From Escherichia coli (GTDB lineage: Bacteria > Pseudomonadota > Gammaproteobacteria > Enterobacterales > Enterobacteriaceae), in NCBI RefSeq assembly GCF_003334405.1, contig NZ_QOWM01000015.1: DNA of 64,000 nt, one strand, 5' to 3'. Made by a program: the position numbers and the translations under genes. A model generated the notes under the pieces. It was not told where the DNA came from. It worked only from the letters and a program-made list of their open reading frames with translations, and made no database searches. Below, in pieces: positions 1 through 12,127 of this stretch (positions are counted from its first letter, which is position 1; the number at the start of each line of letters is the position of its first letter).

Positions 1-71
1 GTAGCTCAGCTGGATAGAGTACTCGGCTACGAACCGAGCGGTCGGAGGTTCGAATCCTCCCGGATGCACCA
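1..71 (+). tRNA. argZ: tRNA-Arg (anticodon ACG), 5' end truncated by window edge
   Basis: Sequence identical to the full tRNA-Arg copy at 270-346 from its position 7 onward; ends in CCA. Copy name within the argQZYV cluster is inferred from position. Confidence 0.85.
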
Positions 72-269
72 TATTCTCCGAAATCTTCAGCAATGAAGGT
101 ATCGAAGAGGTAGCGGAATTAACCGCAGGCACTAGGGATGATAACGTTGCTTTAGCAACGGCCCGAAGGGCGAGCCGCAAGGCGAGTAATCCTCCCGGAT
201 GCACCATCTCTTAATTGATATGGCTTTAGTAGCGGTATCAATATCAGCAGTAGAATAAGTTTTCCCGAT

Positions 270-346
270 GCATCCGTAGCTCAGCTGGATAGAGTACTCG
301 GCTACGAACCGAGCGGTCGGAGGTTCGAATCCTCCCGGATGCACCA
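270..346 (+). tRNA. argQ: tRNA-Arg (anticodon ACG)
   Basis: 77-nt cloverleaf sequence GCATCCGTAGCTCAGCTGGATAGAGTACTCGGCTACGAACCGAGCGGTCGGAGGTTCGAATCCTCCCGGATGCACCA with ACG anticodon and encoded CCA. Confidence 0.9.
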
Positions 347-626
347 TATTCTCCGTAACCTTCAGCAATGAAGGTATCGAAGAGATAGCGGTATTAACCG
401 CAGGCACCAGGAAGGATAACGTTGCGCCAGCAACGGCCCGAAGGGCGAACGTCAGTGAGTCATCCTCCCGGATGCACCATCTTCTCCAAAAAATTTCCTT
501 CAAAAATATCTCATTTCTAAATAACTCCTTTATCCATTTCCTGAATTTTCTTCTCCTTCGCCATCAGCGACAAAATCAAGCAATTACGCTAAAGTAGCGT
601 CATATTTTTCGACTTGCGAGAAGACC

Positions 627-1193
627 ATGTACGAGCGTTATGCAGGTTTAATTTTTGATATGGATGGCACAATCCTGGATACGGAGCCTACGCACCGTAA
701 AGCGTGGCGCGAAGTATTAGGGCACTACGGTCTTCAGTACGATATTCAGGCGATGATTGCGCTTAATGGATCGCCCACCTGGCGTATTGCTCAGGCAATT
801 ATTGAGCTGAATCAGGCCGATCTCGACCCGCATGCGTTAGCGCGTGAAAAAACAGAAGCAGTAAGAAGTATGCTGCTGGATAGCGTCGAACCGCTTCCTC
901 TTGTTGATGTGGTGAAAAGTTGGCATGGTCGTCGCCCAATGGCTGTAGGAACGGGGAGTGAAAGCGCCATCGCTGAGGCATTGCTGGCGCACCTGGGATT
1001 ACGCCATTATTTTGACGCCGTCGTCGCTGCCGATCACGTCAAACACCATAAACCCGCGCCAGACACATTTTTGTTGTGCGCGCAGCGTATGGGCGTGCAA
1101 CCGACGCAGTGTGTGGTCTTTGAAGATGCCGATTTCGGTATTCAGGCGGCCCGTGCAGCAGGCATGGACGCCGTGGATGTTCGCTTGCTGTGA
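627..1193 (+). CDS. yqaB: HAD-family sugar phosphatase (fructose-1-phosphatase YqaB)
   Basis: 188-aa ORF starting MYERYAGLIFDMDGTILDT, with the HAD motif I DxDGT; position between the tRNA-Arg cluster and gshA. Confidence 0.9.
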   Translation: MYERYAGLIFDMDGTILDTEPTHRKAWREVLGHYGLQYDIQAMIALNGSPTWRIAQAIIELNQADLDPHALAREKTEAVRSMLLDSVEPLPLVDVVKSWHGRRPMAVGTGSESAIAEALLAHLGLRHYFDAVVAADHVKHHKPAPDTFLLCAQRMGVQPTQCVVFEDADFGIQAARAAGMDAVDVRLL

Positions 1194-1618
1194 GTGAAGC
1201 GTTATCGCTTTTCTCGTTGTTTGCCAGTAGTTTTCTCAGCGCTACACTATTACCCGGCAACTCCGAAGTCGTGCTGGTGGCAATGTTGCTTTCCGGGATC
1301 AGTCATCCCTGGGTTTTAGTTTTAACAGCAACAATGGGTAATAGCCTTGGAGGGTTAACTAACGTTATCCTTGGGCGTTTCTTTCCATTGCGTAAAACAT
1401 CGCGCTGGCAAGAGAAAGCTACCGGCTGGCTGAAACGCTATGGTGCAGTCACGCTATTATTAAGCTGGATGCCCGTGGTTGGCGATTTACTGTGTCTGTT
1501 AGCGGGATGGATGCGCATCTCGTGGGGACCGGTAATCTTTTTTTTGTGCCTTGGTAAAGCGTTACGCTATGTTGCAGTTGCAGCAGCGACCGTTCAGGGC
1601 ATGATGTGGTGGCACTAA
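1190..1618 (+). CDS. yqaA: DedA-like inner membrane protein YqaA
   Basis: 142-aa hydrophobic ORF overlapping the yqaB stop by 4 nt; conserved synteny. Confidence 0.85.
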   Translation: MSEALSLFSLFASSFLSATLLPGNSEVVLVAMLLSGISHPWVLVLTATMGNSLGGLTNVILGRFFPLRKTSRWQEKATGWLKRYGAVTLLLSWMPVVGDLLCLLAGWMRISWGPVIFFLCLGKALRYVAVAAATVQGMMWWH

Positions 1619-1663
1619 TTGTAGGCCTGCACATATGGTCACCATTACAGTTATGCTAATTAA

Positions 1664-3247
<1,584 letters not shown>

Positions 3248-3255
3248 CAGAAAAG

Positions 3256-3328
3256 AAAAAGGCCACTCGTGAGTGGCCAAAATTTCATCTCTGAATTCAG
3301 GGATGATGATAACAAATGCGCGTCTTTC
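3256..3328 (-). ncRNA. micA: MicA (SraD) small regulatory RNA
   Basis: Reverse complement of 3256-3328 reads GAAAGACGCGCATTTGTTATCATCATCCCTGAATTCAGAGATGAAATTTTGGCCACTCACGAGTGGCCTTTTT, matching MicA; the GGCCACTC/GAGTGGCC hairpin plus U-tract is its terminator. Located between gshA and luxS as in K-12. Confidence 0.85.
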
Positions 3329-3396
3329 ATATACTCAGACTCGCCTGGGAAGAAAGAGTTCAGAAAATTTTTAAAAAAATTACCGGAGGTGGCTAA

Positions 3397-3912
3397 ATGC
3401 CGTTGTTAGATAGCTTCACAGTCGATCATACCCGGATGGAAGCGCCTGCAGTTCGGGTGGCGAAAACAATGAACACCCCGCATGGCGACGCAATCACCGT
3501 GTTCGATCTGCGCTTCTGCGTGCCGAACAAAGAAGTGATGCCAGAAAGAGGGATCCATACCCTGGAGCACCTGTTTGCTGGTTTTATGCGTAACCATCTT
3601 AACGGTAATGGTGTAGAGATTATCGATATCTCGCCAATGGGCTGCCGCACCGGTTTTTATATGAGTCTGATTGGTACGCCAGATGAGCAGCGTGTTGCTG
3701 ATGCCTGGAAAGCGGCAATGGAAGACGTGCTGAAAGTGCAGGATCAGAATCAGATCCCGGAACTGAACGTCTACCAGTGTGGCACTTACCAGATGCACTC
3801 GTTGCAGGAAGCGCAGGATATTGCGCGTAGCATTCTGGAACGTGACGTACGCATCAACAGCAACGAAGAACTGGCACTGCCGAAAGAGAAGTTGCAGGAA
3901 CTGCACATCTAG
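3397..3912 (+). CDS. luxS: S-ribosylhomocysteine lyase (autoinducer-2 synthase)
   Basis: 171-aa [26 protein letters not shown]... with the HTLEH metal-binding motif. Confidence 0.95.
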
Positions 3913-3939
3913 TCAGTAAACTATCTTCACAATTAATTG

Positions 3940-3972
3940 AAAAAAGCCAGTTCAAATGAACTGGCTTAGTTG
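3940..3972. terminator. bidirectional rho-independent terminator between luxS and emrB
   Basis: Hairpin GCCAGTTCA/TGAACTGGC flanked by A-run (5') and T-rich (3') sequence between convergent genes. Confidence 0.6.
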
Positions 3973-3975
3973 TAC

Positions 3976-5514
3976 TTAGTGCGCACCGCCTCCGCCGCCA
4001 CCTGCGCCAAATGGCGGTTTAGCAAACCACACCAGCCCCAGCAGGACGAGGAATATCCCGGCTGACATCCAGAAGATCTCATTGGCGGAAATAATCAGCC
4101 CCTGATTGGTGATCTGCTGGGCAATCCAGCCTGATGCCTGCTGTTGCGTCATCCCAAGCCCTTCCAGTTGACTGTACATCGCCTGGGCATTCGGGTTGAA
4201 CGGGTTTACCGACTCAGTCAACTGCGCATGGTGCATCGACTCGCGGTTGGTCCACATGGTCGTGGTTATCGACGTGCCGATAGACCCCGCCAGCGTTCGC
4301 GTAAAGTTAGAGAGGCTCGATGCCGCCGCCAGTCGTTCCGGTGGCAAACCAGACAGCGTAATGGTGGTCAGCGGCATAAAGAAGCAGGCCACCGCAAACC
4401 CCTGGATAAACTGCGGCCAGGCCGACGCGCCAAAATCCATACCTGGTTCAAAGGTATAGGCACGCCAGTAGAAGCAGACGGCATACATAATAAAGCTGAA
4501 GGTTACCAGCCGCCGCATATCCAGTTTATGCGCGAAGCGGCCGATAATCGGCGACAGGATCACCGGAATAATCCCTACCGGCGCAGAGGCCAAACCTGCC
4601 CAGGTCGCCGTGTAACCGTAGACCTCCTGCAACAACTGCGGCAGCAGAACAATAGCGCCGAAGTAGAGCATATACGCGAGGCTGATACACAAGCAGCCGA
4701 TGGTGAAGTTGCGCGACTTAAACAACGACAGATCGACTATCGGGTTATCGTCGGTCAGCTCCCAGACAATCAGGAAGCAGATAGCCACCACCGCCACCAC
4801 GGTAAGGATGATAATTTCCTGTGATGAAAACCAGTCCAGCTCTTTACCGCGGTCGAGCATAATCTGCAGGCTGCCGATACCAATAACCAGCAGTGCCAGC
4901 CCCACGGCATCAATCCGCCGCCGTTCGGTGCGGGTTTCACGTCCGCGCAGAGTTTGCAGTGTCATCAACACCACCGCCACGCCAATCGGCACGTTGATGA
5001 AGAATATCCAGCCCCAGTGGTAATTATCGCTGATATAACCGCCGAGGATCGGGCCGCAAATTGGCGCGACAATCACCGTCATCGACCACAACGCCAGCGC
5101 GATCGAGCGTTTGGCTGGCGGGTAGTTATTCAGCAATAGACTTTGCGAAAGCGGGATCAACGGCCCGGCGACAATCCCCTGAATCACGCGGAAGAAGATC
5201 AGCATATTCAGGCTGCTGGAGACACCACACGCCCACGACGCAATAGCAAAGGCGATGGTGGACCAAAGGAACAGTTTCACTTCCCCGACGCGCTTTGCCA
5301 GCCAGCCGGTAAGCGGGATCGAGATGGCATTCGCCACCCCGAAAGAAGTGATTACCCACGTTCCCTGGCTGAGCGATGAGCCCAGATTCCCGGCGATAGT
5401 GGGGATCGCCACGTTAGCAATGGTGGAGTCCAGCACCTGCATGAATGTCGCCAGTGACAGCGCAATCGTCATAATGACCAGTTGCGCGCCTTCCAGCGGT
5501 TTTTGCTGTTGCAT
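3976..5514 (-). CDS. emrB: multidrug efflux MFS permease EmrB
   Basis: ORF 3976-5523; canonical start MQQQKPLEGAQLV at 5514 gives 512 aa; multi-TM MFS protein. Confidence 0.93.
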   Translation of the reverse strand: MQQQKPLEGAQLVIMTIALSLATFMQVLDSTIANVAIPTIAGNLGSSLSQGTWVITSFGVANAISIPLTGWLAKRVGEVKLFLWSTIAFAIASWACGVSSSLNMLIFFRVIQGIVAGPLIPLSQSLLLNNYPPAKRSIALALWSMTVIVAPICGPILGGYISDNYHWGWIFFINVPIGVAVVLMTLQTLRGRETRTERRRIDAVGLALLVIGIGSLQIMLDRGKELDWFSSQEIIILTVVAVVAICFLIVWELTDDNPIVDLSLFKSRNFTIGCLCISLAYMLYFGAIVLLPQLLQEVYGYTATWAGLASAPVGIIPVILSPIIGRFAHKLDMRRLVTFSFIMYAVCFYWRAYTFEPGMDFGASAWPQFIQGFAVACFFMPLTTITLSGLPPERLAAASSLSNFTRTLAGSIGTSITTTMWTNRESMHHAQLTESVNPFNPNAQAMYSQLEGLGMTQQQASGWIAQQITNQGLIISANEIFWMSAGIFLVLLGLVWFAKPPFGAGGGGGGAH

Positions 5515-5530
5515 CACACGCACCTCTGGA

Positions 5531-6703
5531 TTAGCCAGCGTTAGCTTTTACGATATCGTCGATCAGTTTATTGACAGGTGCCAGGCTGATTTCACGCGCG
5601 GTGCTTACCGCTACCGGAGTGGAACGTACTTTATTTGCCAGTACCTGACCGTCACGGTTAGTGGTATTGACGCTCACCAGCGTGGACAAACCGATACGCA
5701 GCGGATATTGCTCCAGCTGTTTCTGGTCCAGTTCGATACGCACAGGCAGACGCTGAACGACTTTGATCCAGTTACCGGTCGCATTTTGCGCTGGAAGCAG
5801 TGAGAACGCGCTACCTGTGCCCATATCCAGACCAACCACTTTACCGGTGTATTTCACATCATCGCCGTAAATATCCGTGGTGATAGTGACCGGCTGACCG
5901 ATACGCATATTGGCAATCTGCGTCTCTTTAAAGTTGGCATCCACCCACATATTGGTGGCTGGAACGACCGCCATCAGCGGCGTCGTTGGGCTAATTTGCG
6001 CCCCAGGCTGTACCGCGCGGCGGGAGACATAACCGGTCATCGGACTGATAATACGAGTACGCTCCAGCGCCAGCCAGGCGTTACGTACTTCGGTGGCAGC
6101 CTGTTGCACGGCTGGCTGATCTTCCAGTTTAGTCCCCAGAATCATCGCCTGATTGGCATTGTATTGTTGAATCGCGACGTCCAGTTGCGCCTGGGCACTG
6201 GTGACGGCGTCGCGGGCGTGTTGCAGCTCTTCGCGACCAATCAGGTTGGCATTGCCCAGCGGCACACGGCGGTTGTAGTCGCTTTGTGCTTTCGCGAGGG
6301 CGATTTTCTGCACCTCAATATTCGCCTGCAACTGCTTGCTGTTAATCATCAGCTGGTGGGTTTGGCGAACGCTGGAAGCCAGTGCAGTTTTGGCTTTTTC
6401 AAACGCCTGGCGAGCATCTGTCGGGTCGAGAGTGACCAGCACGTCGCCTTCTTTTACAAAATCGGTGTTATCGGCCCAGACTTTCGTCACGCTGCCAGAC
6501 ACCTGAGACATAATTTGAATTTGATTCCCTGCCACGTATGCGTCATCGGTTTCTTCGAAGTGACGCAGTACCAAAAACCAATAAATCCCTATCGCTACGG
6601 CAATAATTATAAAGAGCAAGGTGAGAAGGAGGAGCAGATGCTTACGTTTGCCGCTCTTCTTTACCGGTTGCTGCGGGGTTTGAGTCTCCGCATTTGCGCT
6701 CAT
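5531..6703 (-). CDS. emrA: multidrug efflux periplasmic adaptor EmrA
   Basis: ORF 5531-6715; start MSANAETQTPQQPVKK at 6703 gives 390 aa; single TM plus coiled-coil HlyD-type adaptor. Confidence 0.93.
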   Translation of the reverse strand: MSANAETQTPQQPVKKSGKRKHLLLLLTLLFIIIAVAIGIYWFLVLRHFEETDDAYVAGNQIQIMSQVSGSVTKVWADNTDFVKEGDVLVTLDPTDARQAFEKAKTALASSVRQTHQLMINSKQLQANIEVQKIALAKAQSDYNRRVPLGNANLIGREELQHARDAVTSAQAQLDVAIQQYNANQAMILGTKLEDQPAVQQAATEVRNAWLALERTRIISPMTGYVSRRAVQPGAQISPTTPLMAVVPATNMWVDANFKETQIANMRIGQPVTITTDIYGDDVKYTGKVVGLDMGTGSAFSLLPAQNATGNWIKVVQRLPVRIELDQKQLEQYPLRIGLSTLVSVNTTNRDGQVLANKVRSTPVAVSTAREISLAPVNKLIDDIVKANAG

Positions 6704-6829
6704 ATTGTTCTCCACGATCTTCTTAACTCATCGGCTGAGTCGACCTGCTTGCCAAAAAGGCCAGCATGTTGCGATGCTGGCCAGTCATTTTTTCTTTTAT
6801 AAATCTGGATTTTTGAGCGAGATGACGCG

Positions 6830-7360
6830 TTAGCTCATCGCTTCGAGAACCACACCGTCTTGTTCCATCTGGTCGAGACGGGAGAGCAATTTGCGGGTGA
6901 TTTGCTCGAGCTGATCTTTTTCTGTTGTGCTGAGCGCGGACCAGAGTTGATGCAGGCAGTTATGCTGCGGTGGTAAAACCTCGCGCAAAAACTCGTGACC
7001 TTTTTCCGTTAATTGCAGATGCAGGCAGCGGCGATCGTTATCGCTTTCACGACGTTCGATCCAACCGCGTTTTTCCAGTTCATCGGCAATACGCGTCGCG
7101 TTGGTACGGGATGATCCAAGAGCACAACTTAATTCAGAAGGCTGAATACTGTGGTTTTCCTGAGACTCCAGCGTAATCAACGCCATAAACAACGTCTCGT
7201 TAATCCCCTGAGCCTTCAGCATTTTATTGCGGTTCTCCAGCAGCTTGCTTTGCATGTGCATGCAAAGACGAGTCAGAAGGATCTCCTGATAAGGAAAATC
7301 TTCGTGGCGGCTGGCGCGAAATTTTAGCATTTGTTCAATGGGCGTAAACGAACTATCCAT
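6830..7360 (-). CDS. mprA: MarR-family repressor of emrAB (MprA/EmrR)
   Basis: 176-aa ORF immediately upstream of emrA on the same strand. Confidence 0.92.
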
Positions 7361-7450
7361 TTGGGTATGACCTCATTAATTTCAGCCGATATAGTAACGA
7401 CAGTGACAAATAAAGTAAATGTATTGTTTTAGAAAAATGATTCTTGTGGG

Positions 7451-7786
7451 TTATATAATCGCCATCACTTTCCAGGCGAGCCCATAGGCCAGCGCACTAA
7501 GCAGTGTTGGGATGATAATGCTGCGTGTTTTATAGAAACTGGCACCCAGTACCGCGAAGCCGACCAGCGTGGGCACGAAACGGCGTGTATCGTGCATCAC
7601 TTCTGGTGCGGTAGAGACAACCAGCAGAGCGCATATCGAGGCGATGCCAATGGTGTCGAGCAAAATACCTACCGCGCCACGTTTGGTTGGGCGGGCATTA
7701 CCCACACGCAGGCGCAGCGGCAAATAGCGGAAGCAATAATTCGCCACGCCAACTAGTAACCCAAGCAGCAGAACCTCATAGCTCAT
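7451..7786 (-). CDS. ygaH: branched-chain amino acid (L-valine) exporter small subunit, AzlD-like
   Basis: 111-aa hydrophobic ORF overlapping the ygaZ end. Confidence 0.85.
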
Positions 7787-8513
7787 CGGGCGCTCCTTGC
7801 CAGAATGCCTGGATTAACGCAGTGAGGCAGCCACAGACAATGCCTGCCAGAATGGCGACGGGAATAGAAAATAGCGTTACGCCTGCAAGGGCACCAACTA
7901 ACGCTGCGGTAACGCAAAGAGATTGTTTGCGCTGGAAAGAGGCGAGCAGGAAACTCATAAAGAGTGCCGGAAGCATAAAACCTAATGCAGCTTCAACGGC
8001 GGGATAACCTTGCAGCAAGCCGCTGCCGGAGAATGCCCCTATTACCGTACCAAATACCCACGATGACCATGAACTGAAGGCAATGCCGATCATCCAGTTC
8101 TCGCTCCAGCGGCGATTATTGCGTACCAGTTTTGCGGTTGCGGCGGCAAAAACCTCATCCGTCAGGCCAAACGCCCACAGGGCGGTTTTCGATTTTTGCA
8201 GACGCTGAATAATACGGCTACGCAGTGACGGGCCATACAACACATGGCGAACATCCATTGCCATGACGGTCAGTGCAGCAATCCACAAACTACTCCCGGC
8301 TGCCAGCATCGCGGTAATGACGAACTGGCTCGCGCCTGCATAAATGATGCAGGAGAAAAAAACGCTTTCGAGAGGAGAGAATCCCAGACGGGTCGCATTC
8401 AGACCGAACGCAAAGGCCACCGGAATATAACTAATAACAATCGGTAAACTGTCTTTGCATCCTTCCATGAAGGTCGCCGAACCAGGAGCAGGCTGTGGAG
8501 TAGGGCTTTCCAT
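7776..8513 (-). CDS. ygaZ: branched-chain amino acid exporter large subunit, AzlC-like
   Basis: 245-aa membrane ORF upstream of and overlapping ygaH. Confidence 0.88.
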
Positions 8514-8636
8514 AGAGTGTACGCTTAACGATTGTTAATATTATAAATAGACTGAATGAATATCTTAACCTTATCAGACTGATGGGCTTCTTAACACCCT
8601 TATAAGTGTAAAGCCACGAAAACGGTTGCTGATTGC

Positions 8637-9821
8637 TTAATTTGCGGCTTCCTGACGATGAAAACCTCGCCACCAGACCAGTAAGTTAACCAGGGCAATC
8701 GTCGCGCCAGCCAGACAAACGCCAGCCCAACCGCCATGTTGCCAGGCTGAGGCTGAAATTAGCGAACCGGCGGCACCGCCAATAAAGTAGCTAGTCATGT
8801 AACCTGCGGTCAGGCGATTGCGCGCATCAGGATGTATCCGATAAATTACCGTCTGGTTAGTGATATGCACGCCCTGCACGGTGAGATCCAGCACCAGGAT
8901 TCCGATAATCAACGCCAGTACGGAAGTGTGACCAAACCAGATCGCCAGCCATGAAAGTAATAGCAGCAGCAGACCGAAAGTTGTGGTGTGGTGCGATTTG
9001 CCCTTATCGGCAAAACCGCCCGCCGGACGAGCGCCCAACGCTCCGGCAGCTCCCGCAAGTCCAAACAGACCAATGACACCATCGCTGTAGTTAAAAGGTG
9101 GAGCGGCAAGCAAAAAGGCCATTGAGGTCCAGAGAATGCTGAAATTGGCAAAGGTCAGGCAGCCCAGCAACGCGCGGGTACGCAGAATTTTATCGCTGAT
9201 AAACATACTGAAAACGGAACCCAACAACTGTGGGTAGTTGAGGTGGGTTTCTGATTTCATTTGTGGCAGACCACGCCATAATGCCAGCGCCATCAGTGCC
9301 ATTAACACCGAAGCAACCCAAAAGACGGTGCGCCAGCCGCCGAGATTCGCCAGCAATCCGGCAACTGTCCGTGCCAGCAAGATCCCCAACAGCAGACCGC
9401 TCATAATAGTGCCAACCACTTTGCCGCGTTTATCCGGTGAAGCCAGCGTCGCTGCCAGCGGAACCAGAATTTGTGCCACGACTGAGAATAAACCGGTTAA
9501 TGCCGTACCGAGGATCATCATCGCCAGCGACTGACTGCTGGCGGTAATCAACATGCCGCATGCCGCCAGTAAGGTCATCGAGACAATCAGGCGGCGGCGT
9601 TCAAACATATCACCGAGGGGAACAAGAAACAGTAGACCTGCGGCATAGCCCAACTGCGCGGCGGTAACAATAAAGCCTGCCGAACTGGCGGAAAGGGAAA
9701 AGTTACGCGCGATGGTGTCGAGCAATGGCTGGGCGTAATAGTTACTGGCTACCGCCAGACCGGTGGCGATAGACATCAGCACGATCAGCGCCGGGCTAAG
9801 CTCATGATTAGGTTTAGTCAT
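8637..9821 (-). CDS. ygaY: MFS transporter YgaY (intact here)
   Basis: Uninterrupted 394-aa ORF with multi-TM MFS features, between ygaZ and proX. Confidence 0.8.
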   Translation of the reverse strand: MTKPNHELSPALIVLMSIATGLAVASNYYAQPLLDTIARNFSLSASSAGFIVTAAQLGYAAGLLFLVPLGDMFERRRLIVSMTLLAACGMLITASSQSLAMMILGTALTGLFSVVAQILVPLAATLASPDKRGKVVGTIMSGLLLGILLARTVAGLLANLGGWRTVFWVASVLMALMALALWRGLPQMKSETHLNYPQLLGSVFSMFISDKILRTRALLGCLTFANFSILWTSMAFLLAAPPFNYSDGVIGLFGLAGAAGALGARPAGGFADKGKSHHTTTFGLLLLLLSWLAIWFGHTSVLALIIGILVLDLTVQGVHITNQTVIYRIHPDARNRLTAGYMTSYFIGGAAGSLISASAWQHGGWAGVCLAGATIALVNLLVWWRGFHRQEAAN

Positions 9822-9920
9822 TATTTTTGTTCATCAGGTGATGATTAAGCTGGAAATCAATAATAGCGGATGTTGATGAATATGGGATGAAAGATAGATT
9901 GTTGAAATGTGCGATGTGGT

Positions 9921-10003
9921 TTGTAGGCATGATAAGACGCGCCAGCGTCGCATCAGGCATTGTGCACAGAACGGCGGATGCGGCAAAAACGCCTTATCCG
10001 CCC
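9921..10003. repeat. REP/BIME extragenic palindromic element
   Basis: Contains TGTAGGCATGATAAGACGCGCCAGCGTCGCATCAGGC and GGATGCGGCAAAAACGCCTTATCCG, typical REP consensus in inverted arrangement, downstream of proX. Confidence 0.7.
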
Positions 10004-10012
10004 GAATAAAAA

Positions 10013-11005
10013 TTACTTCTGCGCTGCCAGCGCCTCATTCACCCAGCCATCGAACTGCTGCTGGTGGGCTTTGATCCAACCATCAACGTGTCCCTGAATA
10101 TCGCCTTCTGAGGCTTTGCCGTCATGCATAATGGCGTTCTGGGCGTTAATATCTGCCACTGGCAACTGCATAATGGCAAACAGTTTCGCTGCTGCCGGGT
10201 TTTTCTCGGCCCAGGCTTTGTTGGCAACGATATGCATGGTGCTGACCGGGAAGCCATAATTCGCACCATTCGGCAGTTTGGTATCGGCGTTTTTATCGCC
10301 CGGCAGTGCGGAGAACGGCACCTGCAACCAGACGACATCTTTGCCCGGCTTCAGTTCGTTACTCACCCAGTACGGCGTCCAGGTGTAATAAAACACCGGT
10401 TTGCCCTCTTTGTAGCGACTGATGGTGTCGGCCATCATCGCTGCGTAGTTCCCCTGATTATGCGTCACGGTGTTGGTCAGTTCATACGCGGCAAGCTGGT
10501 GGTTGATCGCACCTTCGCAGCCCCAGCCAGGGTTACAACCGGTTAAATCCGCTTTTCCGTCGCCGTTGGTATCGAACAGTTTGGCGATCTTCGGATCTTT
10601 CAGTTGTGCGATGTTGGTGATTTTGTACTGGTCGGCGGTTTTCTTATCGATCAGGTAACCCTGTGCCGCGCCGTTAACAAATACCCCTTCACGATAAAAT
10701 TTCTTATCGCCACCGGCAGCTTCGTACATGTTGTCATGCAGTGGCGTCCAGTTCACGGCGGTGAAGGTTGCATCGCCGGAAGCAAGCGAGGTGTAGCCAA
10801 CGTTGTAATCTACTTCGCTGGGTTTGTTGACGGTATAACCTAATTTCTCCAGCGCACGACTGACCAGCAGCGTCTGGAAGGTTTCTTCAGTGATGGTGCT
10901 CTGAACTGGATTAACAGTAATGCCTTTGCCCGGCAGATCGGCAGCAAAAGTTTGTGTAGAGATAAGCGTGGCAAACGCTGTCGCAAAAAGTACGCTATGT
11001 CGCAT
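10013..11005 (-). CDS. proX: glycine betaine/proline ABC transporter periplasmic binding protein
   Basis: ORF 10013-11047; start [21 protein letters not shown] (signal peptide) at 11005 gives 330 aa. Confidence 0.93.
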
Positions 11006-11062
11006 TGTTATTCCTTTTTTTGGCAGGGTGATAATGCCCGGCGTCACCGGGCAAGTGCAGAG

Positions 11063-12127
11063 TTACTTAATGAATGGGCGGGTCAGCAGACCAACAGGGC
11101 CAGTGGTGTACCAGCGACGGTTGCCGCGACTGCGTGAGTCGCGCCCAACGGCCTGCGTCAGACGATCGAGGATAATGGCGAGGATCACAATCCCGACGCC
11201 GCCAACGGTGGCAAGCCCCATATCCAGACGACCGATACCGCGAAGTACCATCTGACCCAACCCGCCGACGGCAATCATCGAGGCGATGACCACCATAGAA
11301 AGGGCCAGCATCAGCGTCTGGTTAACGCCCGCCATAATGGTCGGCATCGCCAGCGGTAACTGAACTTTGAACAGCATCTGGCGCGGGCTGGCACCGAATG
11401 AGCGCGAGGCTTCAATCAGATCCGCCGGAACCTGGTTAATCCCCAGAATGGTCAGACGGATAATCGGCGGCAGAGCAAAGATGATCGTCACCACCACGCC
11501 CGGCACGTTACCGATACCAAATAGCATGACGATTGGCACCAGATAAACAAACGCTGGCGTGGTCTGCATGGCATCAAGCAGTGGACGAATAATTTTCGCC
11601 GCTCGCGGACTTCTCGCCAGCCATATCCCCAACGGCAAACCGATGACGATACAGAACAGCAGGGCGGTTAACACCAGCGCCAGAGTCACCATTGCCTGCG
11701 ACCAGGCACCGATTGCGCCGATGGCAATCAGCGAAACCAGCGTCGCCACACCCATTCCGACCCCGGAAATCTGCCAGGCGATGAGAGCGAAAACGATAAT
11801 CGCCACCGGTGCGGGCATACCCAGCAGCAATTGCTGGAAACCGTTGAGGATATAATCAACCGGAACGCGCACGCCCTGGAAGACGGGACGGAAATGGGTA
11901 ACGACCCAGTCGATCCCTTCAGTGACCCAACTGTCGAGCGGGATCAGCGTTTTATGGAACGGATCGAGAATATTAAAATGCTCGACGTTTGGCGCAGGCG
12001 TACTGGTCAGCCAGTCAGCACCACCGCCGTCAGTCGGTGCAGTCGTCGGTGTACCCCAGGCGTCTGCGGATTGCGCGGCACTGTCCGCCGCTGGCGTGGT
12101 ATCCCACGGATTATTTTGATCAGCCAT
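11063..12127 (-). CDS. proW: glycine betaine/proline ABC transporter permease
   Basis: 354-aa multi-TM ORF between proV and proX. Confidence 0.93.
   Translation of the reverse strand: MADQNNPWDTTPAADSAAQSADAWGTPTTAPTDGGGADWLTSTPAPNVEHFNILDPFHKTLIPLDSWVTEGIDWVVTHFRPVFQGVRVPVDYILNGFQQLLLGMPAPVAIIVFALIAWQISGVGMGVATLVSLIAIGAIGAWSQAMVTLALVLTALLFCIVIGLPLGIWLARSPRAAKIIRPLLDAMQTTPAFVYLVPIVMLFGIGNVPGVVVTIIFALPPIIRLTILGINQVPADLIEASRSFGASPRQMLFKVQLPLAMPTIMAGVNQTLMLALSMVVIASMIAVGGLGQMVLRGIGRLDMGLATVGGVGIVILAIILDRLTQAVGRDSRSRGNRRWYTTGPVGLLTRPFIK

Noticed and set aside
132-503. 123-aa ORF on the minus strand across the tRNA-Arg cluster
   Set aside because: Antisense to tRNA genes and repeated spacers; no coding signal expected.
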